Below, in pieces: positions 1 to 9,080 of a stretch of 40,000 bases of DNA (positions are counted from its first letter, which is position 1; the number at the start of each line of letters is the position of its first letter). The position numbers and the translations under genes were made by a program. The notes under the pieces were generated by a model that was not told the origin of the DNA, did not search any database, and saw only the letters and a list, made by a program, of their open reading frames with translations. The stretch is from Bacteroides sedimenti (GTDB taxonomy: Bacteria; Bacteroidota; Bacteroidia; Bacteroidales; Bacteroidaceae), in the NCBI RefSeq assembly GCF_040365225.1, contig NZ_AP028055.1, positions 1,059,074 through 1,099,073 of the forward strand, read 5' to 3'.

Positions 1-1440
1 ATTCAATTGTCTGAGGAGTTTCCTTATAAGTCCTAATTTCAGTTAATCCGGTACAATTATAGAAAGCTCCCGAATTAATAATCATAAGTGAAGCAGGCAG
101 ACTGACTTTATTCAGTGAGGTGCAATTATAGAATGCATAATCGCCAATTGAAATCAGAGATTCTGATAGCTTTACGCTTGTTAAACCGCTACAGCCATAA
201 AATACACTTGATTGCAATGTGGTGAGGGATTCAGGAAGCGGCATATTTGTCAAGCTGATACAGCCGGAGAAGGCATATGTTCCTAAAGTTGTAAGCCCTT
301 CGGGCAGGGTAATTGTTGTGCTTGGCAAACTAATACAATTACTAAAGGCATTAGCTTCAATGGTTGTAAGGGTAGATGGCAGGTCGATTGTTTTCAAACT
401 GCTGCATCCGTTAAATACACTAGACTCTAGTTTTGTTAATTCGTCCGGAAGATTAACAGTTGTCAATCCGGTACAGCCATAAAAGGTTGTTTGTCCTAAG
501 GTGTTAACAGTATTTGGCAGGGCGACCGTTTTCAATCCTGTGCAACCTCTGAATGCTTGGTCGCCAATTGTATTCAATCCATCAGGAAAAGTAACGCTTG
601 TTACCCCGCTGCAACCATAAAAGGCCGATCCACCAATAGTGGTTAGTGAGCTCGGCAATGCCAAAGTTTTCAATCCTGTGCAACCATAAAAAGCATATGT
701 ACCTATAATGTTTACCGCATCAGGAAAGGTAATAGCGGTCAGACCTGTACAACCGTAGAACGCTCCATCTCCAATATTGGTTAATGTCGATGCAAGATCC
801 ATTGTCTTCAAGCTTGTGCAATTATAAAATGCATACGTACCTATGTTAGTCAAGTTATTAGGAAGATCAGCACTGCTTAAGCTTGTGCATCCATAGAAAA
901 CGTATGGTTCAATAGAGGTAAGGTTGTCCTTGAATACTACACTAGTCAAGCCGGTGCACCCTTGAAAAGCGGATTGTCCCAATGTGTTGAGTGCATCTGG
1001 GAAAGAGATGTTCTTCAATGCTGTACATCCGTTAAATGCTCCTGATTCTATTGTGTTGATGGAACTAGCTGAAAAATCAGCAGTTTTTAGTCCCGTACAA
1101 CCGTAAAAGGCATTTGATTCAATTGTATTCATTGAGGAAGGAAATGTAATTCCTGTTAATCCCTTACAGCCTTGAAAAGCCGATTGTCCGATTAAATTCA
1201 GTGAAGCCGGCAATGCAACCGATGCAAGACCTGTACAATTGTAAAAAGCCTGAGTATTAATAGTTGTCAATGTACTTGGAAATACAACGTTTTTTAATCC
1301 TGTACAATTATAAAATGCATAGGTATCAATAACCTGAAGTTGGCTGGGAAGCAAGATGCTTTTTAAGCCAGTGCAACCGTAAAATGCTTGAGATGGAATT
1401 GTATTTGCCTCGTAATAGCTGTATTTATTAACAATAGTAC
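1..1440 (-). repeat. In-frame tandem 69-bp (23-codon) LRR coding repeats, 20 units visible, array continues past the window edge
   Basis: The conserved Cys codon (ACA/GCA on the + strand) starts at 53, 122, 191, 260, 335, 404, 473, 542, 611, 680, 749, 818, 887, 956, 1025, 1097, 1166, 1235, 1304 and 1373. Spacing is 69 nt, with one 75-nt and one 72-nt exception. Confidence 0.9.
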
Positions 1441-1675
1441 CGCTGATATCAAGGCTGTCTAAAGCAGGCATGCTGGCTTTAGCCATTGTTACAAAGTCTC
1501 TCTGGTCAATTTGTCCGGTTACCGTTAATTTGGTTACCGTAGTCAGTTCAGTAGAAGTTAGCAGTGAGCTTAATGTACCTGATGTTGCTACATTAACAGT
1601 TTTGCTTACACTAGCATATATTGGTATGATATATACCATTAATGCCAAAATTGCAATTAAGTATCTCTTTTTCAT
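1..1675 (-). CDS. BspA-type leucine-rich-repeat (LRR_5-like) surface protein; N-terminus complete, C-terminal part lies beyond the window edge
   Basis: Absent from the ORF track because it is open to the window edge. Minus-strand translation from the ATG at 1675-1673 gives MKKRYLIAILALMVYIIPIYASV (signal peptide). About 20 tandem 23-aa units follow, such as QAFYGCTGLKSILLPSQLQVIDTY. I saw no stop codon in this frame down to position 2. Confidence 0.85.
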   Translation of the reverse strand, partial: MKKRYLIAILALMVYIIPIYASVSKTVNVATSGTLSSLLTSTELTTVTKLTVTGQIDQRDFVTMAKASMPALDSLDISGTIVNKYSYYEANTIPSQAFYGCTGLKSILLPSQLQVIDTYAFYNCTGLKNVVFPSTLTTINTQAFYNCTGLASVALPASLNLIGQSAFQGCKGLTGITFPSSMNTIESNAFYGCTGLKTADFSASSINTIESGAFNGCTALKNISFPDALNTLGQSAFQGCTGLTSVVFKDNLTSIEPYVFYGCTSLSSADLPNNLTNIGTYAFYNCTSLKTMDLASTLTNIGDGAFYGCTGLTAITFPDAVNIIGTYAFYGCTGLKTLALPSSLTTIGGSAFYGCSGVTSVTFPDGLNTIGDQAFRGCTGLKTVALPNTVNTLGQTTFYGCTGLTTVNLPDELTKLESSVFNGCSSLKTIDLPSTLTTIEANAFSNCISLPSTTITLPEGLTTLGTYAFSGCISLTNMPLPESLTTLQSSVFYGCSGLTSVKLSESLISIGDYAFYNCTSLNKVSLPASLMIINSGAFYNCTGLTEIRTYKETPQTIE

Positions 1676-2433
1676 ACTATTTATATATTAAAATGTTATG
1701 AGTCCAATAGTTGAAATCCTGAGTTGATTATTCGTTAATACTGGTTCTATTCGAACATATAATGAATAGAGATTCTGTATTGATACTAATACATAAGACA
1801 CTTTATACAATAGTTATAATAGGGTGATGGTGATTTACGCTGCAATAGCTGATTTCTCTTTAGCATTCATATCCTGCTAGATTGATGTTTAATATATTTA
1901 AAATTGCAGAATAAGAATCAGGCCGGTTCAGTTGTTCTGCCCATATCTTATAAAGAGTATCCTATGAGATATGGGTGTATGATTCTCACTAATAATGAAG
2001 ATTTAAGGATGGATATTTAAGATTTCTTGACTGTGGTTTATCGGTGCATCATTTATAGCATCAAGAAATCTTGTAATTCAGAATTGAGATGGACAAGAGT
2101 TATGATTTTACACTGCTTTATATGCTGTTTATCAGGTGATTAATATTATAACTCTCAATCTGTCTGAACATAGGGATTAAGCCAAAAGTATAACAGATGA
2201 TATAATAAAGAGTTCGTTAATTGAATCCAAAATTAGTTAGCTGAATAATAATTTAAAAACATTGATTTGCAACACAATTCAAGAGGTGTTATAGCTTCTC
2301 AGATCGTATTGAATAACACACAACTGTCAATACCTTTCTAATTCTGTTTTGAGATCATTACTAGACAATTTTCACTGATATTAAATCCTTTCCGTTGGAT
2401 AAGTTGTTATTCAAAAACAGAAGCTAAATTCAA

Positions 2434-3960
2434 ATGGAATCAATTCCTAAAATAACATCATTGAAAATCCGACCTCTTCAGCTGAACGATTATAGTCAAC
2501 TGGCGCAGTCGTTTACCCGGGCGTATGGTGGCGATGAGTTCTGGTCTTACAATCAGATTAAGAAATTGGTCCGTATTTTTCCGGAAGGACAGATTGTTGC
2601 CGTGGCAGATGGCAAGATTGTGGGTTGTGCACTTGCCATTATTGTAGATTATGACAAGGTGAAAGTAGACCATACTTATGCCAATGTTACCGGGCAATAT
2701 ACCTTCGATACGCACAATCCGGAGGGGGATGTGCTATACGGTATAGAGGTATTTGTTCATCCCGATTATCGGGGACTTCGTTTGGCAAGACGAATGTACG
2801 ACTACCGGAAGGAGCTTTGCGAAACGCTGAACCTGAAGGCGATTATGTTTGGCGGCAGGATTCCCAATTACCATAAGTATGCCCGGAAAATGCGTCCGAA
2901 AGAGTATATCCACAAGGTGAGCAAGAAGGAGATCTACGACCCTGTGCTGACCTTTCAGCTGTCGAACGATTTCCATGTCTGCAAGGTGATGACCAACTAT
3001 CTGCCCGATGATGAGGAGTCCAGACAGTACGCCTGTCTTCTGCAATGGGATAATATTTACTATCAGCCGCCCAGCCGCGAATTTGTTCGTCAGAAGACAA
3101 CTGCAAGGGTAGGATTGGTTCAATGGCAGATGAGGTCGTACAACTCGGTGGATGATGTCTTTGAGCAGGTGGAGTTCTTCGTGGATGCCGTATCCGACTA
3201 TAAATGCGATTTCGTACTGTTTCCGGAATATTTTAATGCCCCGTTGATGGCTAAGTATAATCATCTGGGAGAATCTCAGGCCATCCGTGAACTGGCGAAC
3301 TTCACGGATGAAATCCGCGAACGCTTTCTCGGTCTTGCCATCAGCTACAACATCAACATAATAACCGGAAGCATGCCTTTGCTTCGCGGCAACGATTTGT
3401 TTAATGTCGGATTTCTTTGCAGGCGGGATGGCACATTCGAAACTTATGAAAGGATACATGTAACCCCCGATGAAACCAGGTGTTGGGGCTTATCAGGTGG
3501 AAACAGCATACAGACATTTGAAACGGATTGTGCCAAGATAGGCATATTGATTAGTTACGATGTGGAGTACCCGGAACTTACACGGCTCATGGCCGACCAA
3601 GGGATGCAGATTCTTTTTGTTCCTTTCCTGACGGATACGCAGAACGGCTATTCGCGGGTAAGAATCTGCGCACAGGCACGCGCCATTGAGAACGAGTGTT
3701 ATGTGGTGATAGCCGGAAGTGTGGGAAATTTGCCGAGGGTGCACAACATGGATATACAATATGCGCAGTCGGCTGTATTTGCTCCGAGTGATTTCGCTTT
3801 CCCAACCGATGGGAAATGTGCGGAAGCGACACCAAACACCGAAATGATTCTTGTTTCGGATGTGGATTTGGACTTATTGAATGAACTGCATACGTATGGA
3901 AGTGTGCGGAATCTCAAAAACAGAAGAGATGATCTGTATGAACTTCGGTTAAAGAAGTAA
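2434..3960 (+). CDS. Bifunctional-type GNAT N-acetyltransferase / carbon-nitrogen hydrolase (nitrilase superfamily) fusion protein
   Basis: 508-aa ORF with an ATG start. The N-terminal ~220 aa show a GNAT-like pattern (VHPDYRGLRLARRMY). The C-terminal ~285 aa align by eye with the aguB paralog in this window (VLFPEYF, YERIHVTP, GILISYDVEYPE). Confidence 0.85.
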   Translation: MESIPKITSLKIRPLQLNDYSQLAQSFTRAYGGDEFWSYNQIKKLVRIFPEGQIVAVADGKIVGCALAIIVDYDKVKVDHTYANVTGQYTFDTHNPEGDVLYGIEVFVHPDYRGLRLARRMYDYRKELCETLNLKAIMFGGRIPNYHKYARKMRPKEYIHKVSKKEIYDPVLTFQLSNDFHVCKVMTNYLPDDEESRQYACLLQWDNIYYQPPSREFVRQKTTARVGLVQWQMRSYNSVDDVFEQVEFFVDAVSDYKCDFVLFPEYFNAPLMAKYNHLGESQAIRELANFTDEIRERFLGLAISYNINIITGSMPLLRGNDLFNVGFLCRRDGTFETYERIHVTPDETRCWGLSGGNSIQTFETDCAKIGILISYDVEYPELTRLMADQGMQILFVPFLTDTQNGYSRVRICAQARAIENECYVVIAGSVGNLPRVHNMDIQYAQSAVFAPSDFAFPTDGKCAEATPNTEMILVSDVDLDLLNELHTYGSVRNLKNRRDDLYELRLKK

Positions 3961-3982
3961 TCTTTTACCTCGACAAAGAATT

Positions 3983-4016
3983 CTTTCCATCAGGATGTGT
4001 ACACCCTGATGGAAAG
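3983..4016. terminator. Bidirectional hairpin between convergent genes
   Basis: Perfect 12-bp inverted repeat CTTTCCATCAGG (3983-3994) / CCTGATGGAAAG (4005-4016) with a 10-nt loop. It lies between the stops of the GNAT-hydrolase gene and the aldolase gene. Confidence 0.6.
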
Positions 4017-4159
4017 CGCTTTCCTTGGTAATAAAAAATAAAATCAAGACGATAGAATGCAGAATCTTTTCCTCCCTTTTTTAGAAAATAAGCTTTCATG
4101 AATAGGACAGAAAAGAGTTGTTACTAACCCTGCAACAACACATCTTCGAGAGCTATTTA

Positions 4160-4816
4160 CTACCCGTTTACTTTCTTATAATCGTCCAGAAACTGAGCCA
4201 ATCCGCTATCGGTCAACGGATGCTTAAGCAAGCCTTTAATGGCAGGCAGAGGGCAGGTAGCCACGTCGGCGCCAACTTCAATGCACTGAATAATATGTTG
4301 TGTGTGCCTGATAGAGGCGGCTAGTACTTGTGTCTTAAAACCATATACGGCGTACATCTCCACAATCTTTCGCACCACTTCGATGCCGTCACTACTGATG
4401 TCGTCCAAGCGGCCAACGAAAGGAGAAACATAGGTGGCGCCGGCTTTTGCTGCAAGCAAGGCTTGTCCCGGAGAGAAGATCAGGGTGCAGTTTGTACGGA
4501 TGCCTTTTCCGCTGAAATATTTAATGGCTTTAATGCCATCGGCAATGCAGGGGACTTTTACAACAATATGGGGATGGAGGGCTGCGAGCTCTTCGCCTTC
4601 CTTAATCATTCCCTCAAAATCCGTGGCAATCACCTCCGCACTTACATCGCCGTCAACAATATTGCAGATGTCTACGTAATGTTTTCGCTGATTATCAACC
4701 CCTTTAATACCCTCTTTTGCCATTAAAGATGGATTTGTTGTAACTCCGTCCAAAACTCCCAGATCATGTGCTTCCCGGATTTGCTCCAAGTTGGCTGTGT
4801 CAATAAAGAATTTCAT
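4160..4816 (-). CDS. fsa: Short transaldolase-family class I aldolase (fructose-6-phosphate aldolase / transaldolase subfamily, ~218 aa)
   Basis: 218 aa, starting [31 protein letters not shown], which is typical of the TalC/MipB/FSA short transaldolase family. Sequence inspection alone cannot separate aldolase from transaldolase activity. Confidence 0.85.
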   Translation of the reverse strand: MKFFIDTANLEQIREAHDLGVLDGVTTNPSLMAKEGIKGVDNQRKHYVDICNIVDGDVSAEVIATDFEGMIKEGEELAALHPHIVVKVPCIADGIKAIKYFSGKGIRTNCTLIFSPGQALLAAKAGATYVSPFVGRLDDISSDGIEVVRKIVEMYAVYGFKTQVLAASIRHTQHIIQCIEVGADVATCPLPAIKGLLKHPLTDSGLAQFLDDYKKVNG

Positions 4817-4853
4817 AATACTTTTGTTTTATCATGTTAACTAGAAAGTGTAA

Positions 4854-4861
4854 CAAATTTA
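4854..4861 (-). promoter_or_regulatory. Bacteroides-type -7 box (TAAATTTG on minus strand) for fsa
   Basis: Matches TAnnTTTG, 37 nt upstream of the ATG at 4816. Confidence 0.45.
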
Positions 4862-5214
4862 TAAAACAATATTAAGAAGAGCAAGGATTTTATGCTTTAA
4901 TAATCAATTATTTAAAATGAGAGTTGGATTAATAAATTCCGGTAGCAAAATGTCGCCTTTTATAAAAAAATATCAAGTACAATAACAACCTTCAATTGGA
5001 TGTCTAGTAAGGTTTCTAAGCACAAAAATCCCAATCGGGTTCAGGAAGCTAAGCGAATGAAGCCGATAACTGAAACGGGAAACAATGTACCTAAAATTGC
5101 AGGATAGAGCAAAATCTATGAAAAATATAGCAGATAAATGCCAAAAACAGGCTTTTTCTTTCGATTAATCATATATAAATCTTTTATAAAAGTTTCTATC
5201 TACCTATTTTTTTG

Positions 5215-5222
5215 TAAATTTG
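5215..5222 (+). promoter_or_regulatory. Bacteroides-type -7 box (TAAATTTG) for the ileS operon
   Basis: Matches TAnnTTTG, 38 nt upstream of the ileS ATG at 5261. Confidence 0.5.
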
Positions 5223-5260
5223 CACTTTATTTTTCAGAAGATTAGATAAACACATAAAAT

Positions 5261-8200
5261 ATGAGTAAGAGATTTACTGAATATTCTCAGTTTGACCTCT
5301 CGCAGGTAAACAAAGATGTACTTAAAAAATGGGATGAAAATGGTGTTTTCGCCAAAAGTATGACAGAACGTGATGGCTGTCCTTCGTTTGTGTTCTTTGA
5401 AGGACCCCCCTCGGCTAATGGTATGCCGGGTATTCACCATGTGATGGCTCGTTCTATTAAGGATATTTTCTGCCGCTACAAAACCATGAAAGGTTTCCAG
5501 GTAAAGCGTAAAGCCGGATGGGATACGCACGGATTGCCTGTTGAGTTAGGAGTGGAGAAGGCATTAGGCATTACCAAAGAGGATATTGGAAAATCAATCT
5601 CTGTAGCCGAATACAACGCAGCATGCCGCAAGGATGTGATGAAATATACCAAAGAGTGGGAAGATCTTACTCACAAAATGGGCTACTGGGTTGATATGAA
5701 CGACCCATATATCACTTATGACAACCGTTATATCGAGACTCTCTGGTGGTTGCTCAAGCAGCTGCACAAACAAGGATTGCTTTATAAAGGATACACCATT
5801 CAGCCTTATTCGCCTGCTGCAGGAACCGGACTTAGCTCGCACGAGCTGAATCAGCCGGGCTGTTACCGCGATGTGAAGGATACTACCGTGGTGGCTCAGT
5901 TTAGAATGAAGAACCCTAAAGCTGAAATGGCTGCATGGGGAACTCCATACTTTATCGCTTGGACAACTACTCCTTGGACTTTGCCTTCGAATACCGCTCT
6001 TTGCGTTGGACCGAACATTACATATGTTGCTGTTCAGTCGTACAATGCTTATACTGGCGAACCAATCACTGTGGTATTGGCTAAAGATTTGCTTAACACT
6101 CATTTCAATCCGAAAGCTGCGGAGCTGAACCTGGAAGATTACAAAGCCGGCGACAAGCTGATTCCGTTCAAGGTGATTGCTGAATATAAGGGTGCTGACT
6201 TGGTGAATATGGAATACGAACAACTGATTCCATGGGTAAATCCGGGTGAAGGTGCATTCCGCGTAATTCCTGGTGATTATGTAACAACCGAAGATGGTAC
6301 CGGTATTGTACACATTGCGCCTACATTTGGTGCCGATGATGCCCGCGTGGCAAAAGCAGCCGGCGTTCCTCCATTGCAATTGGTGAACAAGAAAGGCGAA
6401 CTTCGTCCGATGGTCGATTTAACTGGCAAATTCTATACTTTAGATGAACTGGACGAAGATTTTGTAAATGAAAAGGTTAACGTTGAAATATATAAAGAGT
6501 ATGCAGGTCGTTTTGTGAAAAATGACTACGACCCCAATCTTACTGAAAAAGATGAATCGCTGGATGTAAGCATCTGTATGATGATGAAAGCGGCGAATCT
6601 GGCTTTCAAGATTGAAAAGCATGTACACAACTATCCGCACTGCTGGCGTACAGATAAACCGGTTCTTTACTATCCGCTGGACAGCTGGTTTATTAAATCG
6701 ACCGCTTGCAAGGAACGGATGATGGAACTGAATAAGACAATCAACTGGAAACCGGAATCTACCGGAACAGGTCGTTTTGGTAAATGGCTTGAAAACCTGA
6801 ACGATTGGAACCTAAGCCGTTCTCGTTATTGGGGAACTCCGCTGCCTATCTGGCGTTCGGACGATAATGCCGCCGAAATCTGCATAGAATCGGTTGAGCA
6901 ATTATACAACGAGATCGAAAAATCGGTTAAAGCAGGCATTATGAAAGAGAATCCGTTCAAGGGATTCGAGCCGGGAGTATATACAAAAGAGAATTATGAT
7001 AAGATAGACTTGCACCGTCCGTTTGTGGACGACATCGTTCTTGTATCGGAAGATGGCAAGCCAATGAAACGCGAAACAGACCTGATAGACGTTTGGTTCG
7101 ACTCAGGCGCCATGCCTTATGCACAGATTCACTATCCGTTTGAGAACAAGGAGCTACTTGACAACCGTGAAGTATATCCTGCCGATTTCATTGCGGAAGG
7201 GGTTGACCAGACTCGCGGATGGTTCTTTACTCTGCATGCAATTGCATCGATGATTTTTGATAATGTGGCTTATAAGGCTGTAATATCAAACGGATTGGTG
7301 CTGGATAAGAATGGTAACAAGATGTCTAAACGTCTGGGTAATGCTGTCGACCCATTCTCTACAATCGAGAAATATGGTTCAGACCCGCTGCGCTGGTATA
7401 TGATTACCAACTCGTCTCCATGGGATAACCTGAAGTTTGACGTGGAAGGGGTGGAAGAGGTGCGCCGTAAGTTCTTCGGCACATTGTACAACACCTACTC
7501 TTTCTTCTCGCTATATGCTAATGTAGATGGATTTGCATACCAGGAAGCTGATGTGCCGGTTAATGAACGTCCGGAAATCGACCGATGGATTCTATCCGTA
7601 CTTAATTCCTTAATCAAGGAGGTGGATACATGTTATAATGAATACGAGCCAACTAAAGCAGGACGATTGATCTCAGACTTTGTGAACGACAACCTATCCA
7701 ACTGGTATGTTCGTTTAAATCGTAAACGTTTCTGGGGCGGAGAATTTACTCAGGATAAGCTTTCTGCTTACCAAACTCTTTACACCTGTCTTGAAACAGT
7801 AGCTAAGCTGATGGCGCCAATCGCTCCGTTCTATGCTGACCGTCTCTATACAGACCTGATTAATGCAACCGGACGTGATAATGTTATCTCTGTTCACTTA
7901 GCAAAATTCCCGGTTTGTGACGCATCTCTTATCGACAACGCTCTTGAAGCAAGAATGCAGATGGCTCAGGATGTTACATCAATGGTACTGGCACTGCGCC
8001 GTAAAGTGAACATCAAAGTTCGTCAGCCGCTGCAATGTATCATGATTCCGGTTATGGATGCAGAACAGAAAGCGCATATCGAAGCGGTGAAATCGCTTAT
8101 CATGAGTGAAGTGAATGTGAAAGAAATCAATTTCGTTGACGAAACAGCCGGTATTCTGGTGAAGAAGGTGAAATGTGATTTCAAGAAACTGGGCCCGAAA

Positions 8201-8680
8201 TTCGGTAAAATGATGAAGGCGGTAGCCGCTCAGGTGGCGGAATTGCCTCAGGATGCAATCAATGAACTGGAAAAGACCGGAAAATATGCACTGATAATTG
8301 ATGGCAACGAAGCTGTAATTGAAGCAGCCGATGTGGAAATCTACAGTGAAGATATACCGGGATGGTTGGTTGCAAATGAAGGTAAGCTGACTGTTGCTCT
8401 TGAGGTTACAATAACCGACGAGCTGCGCAAGGAGGGTGTGGCCCGCGAATTGGTTAATCGTATACAAAACATACGTAAATCAAGCGGTCTGGAGATTACT
8501 GATAAAATAAAAATCGCTTTATCGAAAAATGAACAGACAGATGATGCGGTAAATGAATATAATTCTTATATTTGTAACCAAGTACTTGCCAATTCTCTTA
8601 CATTAATGGATGAAGTGAAGGACGGTACAGAACTCAATTTTGATGAATTTTCATTATTTGTGAATGTAGAAAAAGAATAA
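5261..8680 (+). CDS. ileS: Isoleucine--tRNA ligase (long, type-2 form)
   Basis: 1139 aa. Class I signatures are present: PGIHH (HIGH-type) and KMSKR (KMSKS). The CP1 editing region pattern WTTTPWTLP is also present. Confidence 0.97.
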   Translation: MSKRFTEYSQFDLSQVNKDVLKKWDENGVFAKSMTERDGCPSFVFFEGPPSANGMPGIHHVMARSIKDIFCRYKTMKGFQVKRKAGWDTHGLPVELGVEKALGITKEDIGKSISVAEYNAACRKDVMKYTKEWEDLTHKMGYWVDMNDPYITYDNRYIETLWWLLKQLHKQGLLYKGYTIQPYSPAAGTGLSSHELNQPGCYRDVKDTTVVAQFRMKNPKAEMAAWGTPYFIAWTTTPWTLPSNTALCVGPNITYVAVQSYNAYTGEPITVVLAKDLLNTHFNPKAAELNLEDYKAGDKLIPFKVIAEYKGADLVNMEYEQLIPWVNPGEGAFRVIPGDYVTTEDGTGIVHIAPTFGADDARVAKAAGVPPLQLVNKKGELRPMVDLTGKFYTLDELDEDFVNEKVNVEIYKEYAGRFVKNDYDPNLTEKDESLDVSICMMMKAANLAFKIEKHVHNYPHCWRTDKPVLYYPLDSWFIKSTACKERMMELNKTINWKPESTGTGRFGKWLENLNDWNLSRSRYWGTPLPIWRSDDNAAEICIESVEQLYNEIEKSVKAGIMKENPFKGFEPGVYTKENYDKIDLHRPFVDDIVLVSEDGKPMKRETDLIDVWFDSGAMPYAQIHYPFENKELLDNREVYPADFIAEGVDQTRGWFFTLHAIASMIFDNVAYKAVISNGLVLDKNGNKMSKRLGNAVDPFSTIEKYGSDPLRWYMITNSSPWDNLKFDVEGVEEVRRKFFGTLYNTYSFFSLYANVDGFAYQEADVPVNERPEIDRWILSVLNSLIKEVDTCYNEYEPTKAGRLISDFVNDNLSNWYVRLNRKRFWGGEFTQDKLSAYQTLYTCLETVAKLMAPIAPFYADRLYTDLINATGRDNVISVHLAKFPVCDASLIDNALEARMQMAQDVTSMVLALRRKVNIKVRQPLQCIMIPVMDAEQKAHIEAVKSLIMSEVNVKEINFVDETAGILVKKVKCDFKKLGPKFGKMMKAVAAQVAELPQDAINELEKTGKYALIIDGNEAVIEAADVEIYSEDIPGWLVANEGKLTVALEVTITDELRKEGVARELVNRIQNIRKSSGLEITDKIKIALSKNEQTDDAVNEYNSYICNQVLANSLTLMDEVKDGTELNFDEFSLFVNVEKE

Positions 8681-8702
8681 CGCAACTTTAAAATATAAAA
8701 CT

Positions 8703-9080
8703 ATGGCAGAAAAGACAAGATACACTGATGCGGAACTAGAAGAATTCCGTGCCATTATTCTCGAGAAGCTGGAAAAAGCTCAAAAGGATTATGACCAGCT
8801 TAAATTAAGCATCATGAATCAGGATGGCAACGATATAATCGATACTTCCCCTACCTACAAGGTTTTGGAAGAGGGTGCTAACACTTTGTCAAAAGAAGAG
8901 GTGGGACGACTGGCTTTAAGACAGCAGAAGTTTATTCAAAGTCTTCAGGCTGCTTTGGTTCGTATTGAAAACAAAACCTATGGGATTTGCCGTGAAACAG
9001 GAAAATTAATTCCTGCAGAAAGGCTGCGTGTAGTTCCTCACGCTACATTGAGTATTGAAGCAAAAGAGGGAAAAAGATAA
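8703..9080 (+). CDS. DksA/TraR-family protein with a degenerate (Cys-depleted) zinc finger
   Basis: 125 aa. The N-terminal half is coiled-coil-like. The C-terminal YGICRETGKLIPAERLRVVPHATLSIEAK aligns with the DksA CxxC...RL..P....CxxC region. Only 1 of the 4 Cys is retained. Confidence 0.75.
   Translation: MAEKTRYTDAELEEFRAIILEKLEKAQKDYDQLKLSIMNQDGNDIIDTSPTYKVLEEGANTLSKEEVGRLALRQQKFIQSLQAALVRIENKTYGICRETGKLIPAERLRVVPHATLSIEAKEGKR

Noticed and set aside
1-1440. The 69-bp periodic repeat as a possible CRISPR array or satellite
   Set aside because: The periodicity is in frame with a continuous ORF and encodes the LRR consensus. There is no alternation of identical repeats with unique spacers.
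219-1691. Plus-strand ORFs 219-482 (87 aa, GTG start) and 1470-1691 (73 aa)
   Set aside because: Both lie antisense inside the minus-strand BspA-like LRR gene. That gene's 23-codon periodicity and signal peptide account for the whole region. The plus-strand translations are low-complexity shadows.
4817-5260. T-box or attenuator leaders upstream of ileS (and of aspS at 24746-24875)
   Set aside because: No T-box sequence or terminator/antiterminator alternative was seen. T-box regulation is not expected in Bacteroidota.
2458-8467. Long antisense ORFs inside the GNAT-hydrolase gene and ileS (for example 2734-3459 at 241 aa, 5594-6379 at 261 aa, 7979-8467 at 162 aa)
   Set aside because: They sit opposite strongly recognisable conserved genes, have no recognisable motifs, and show the Arg/Ser/Cys-rich composition of shadow frames.
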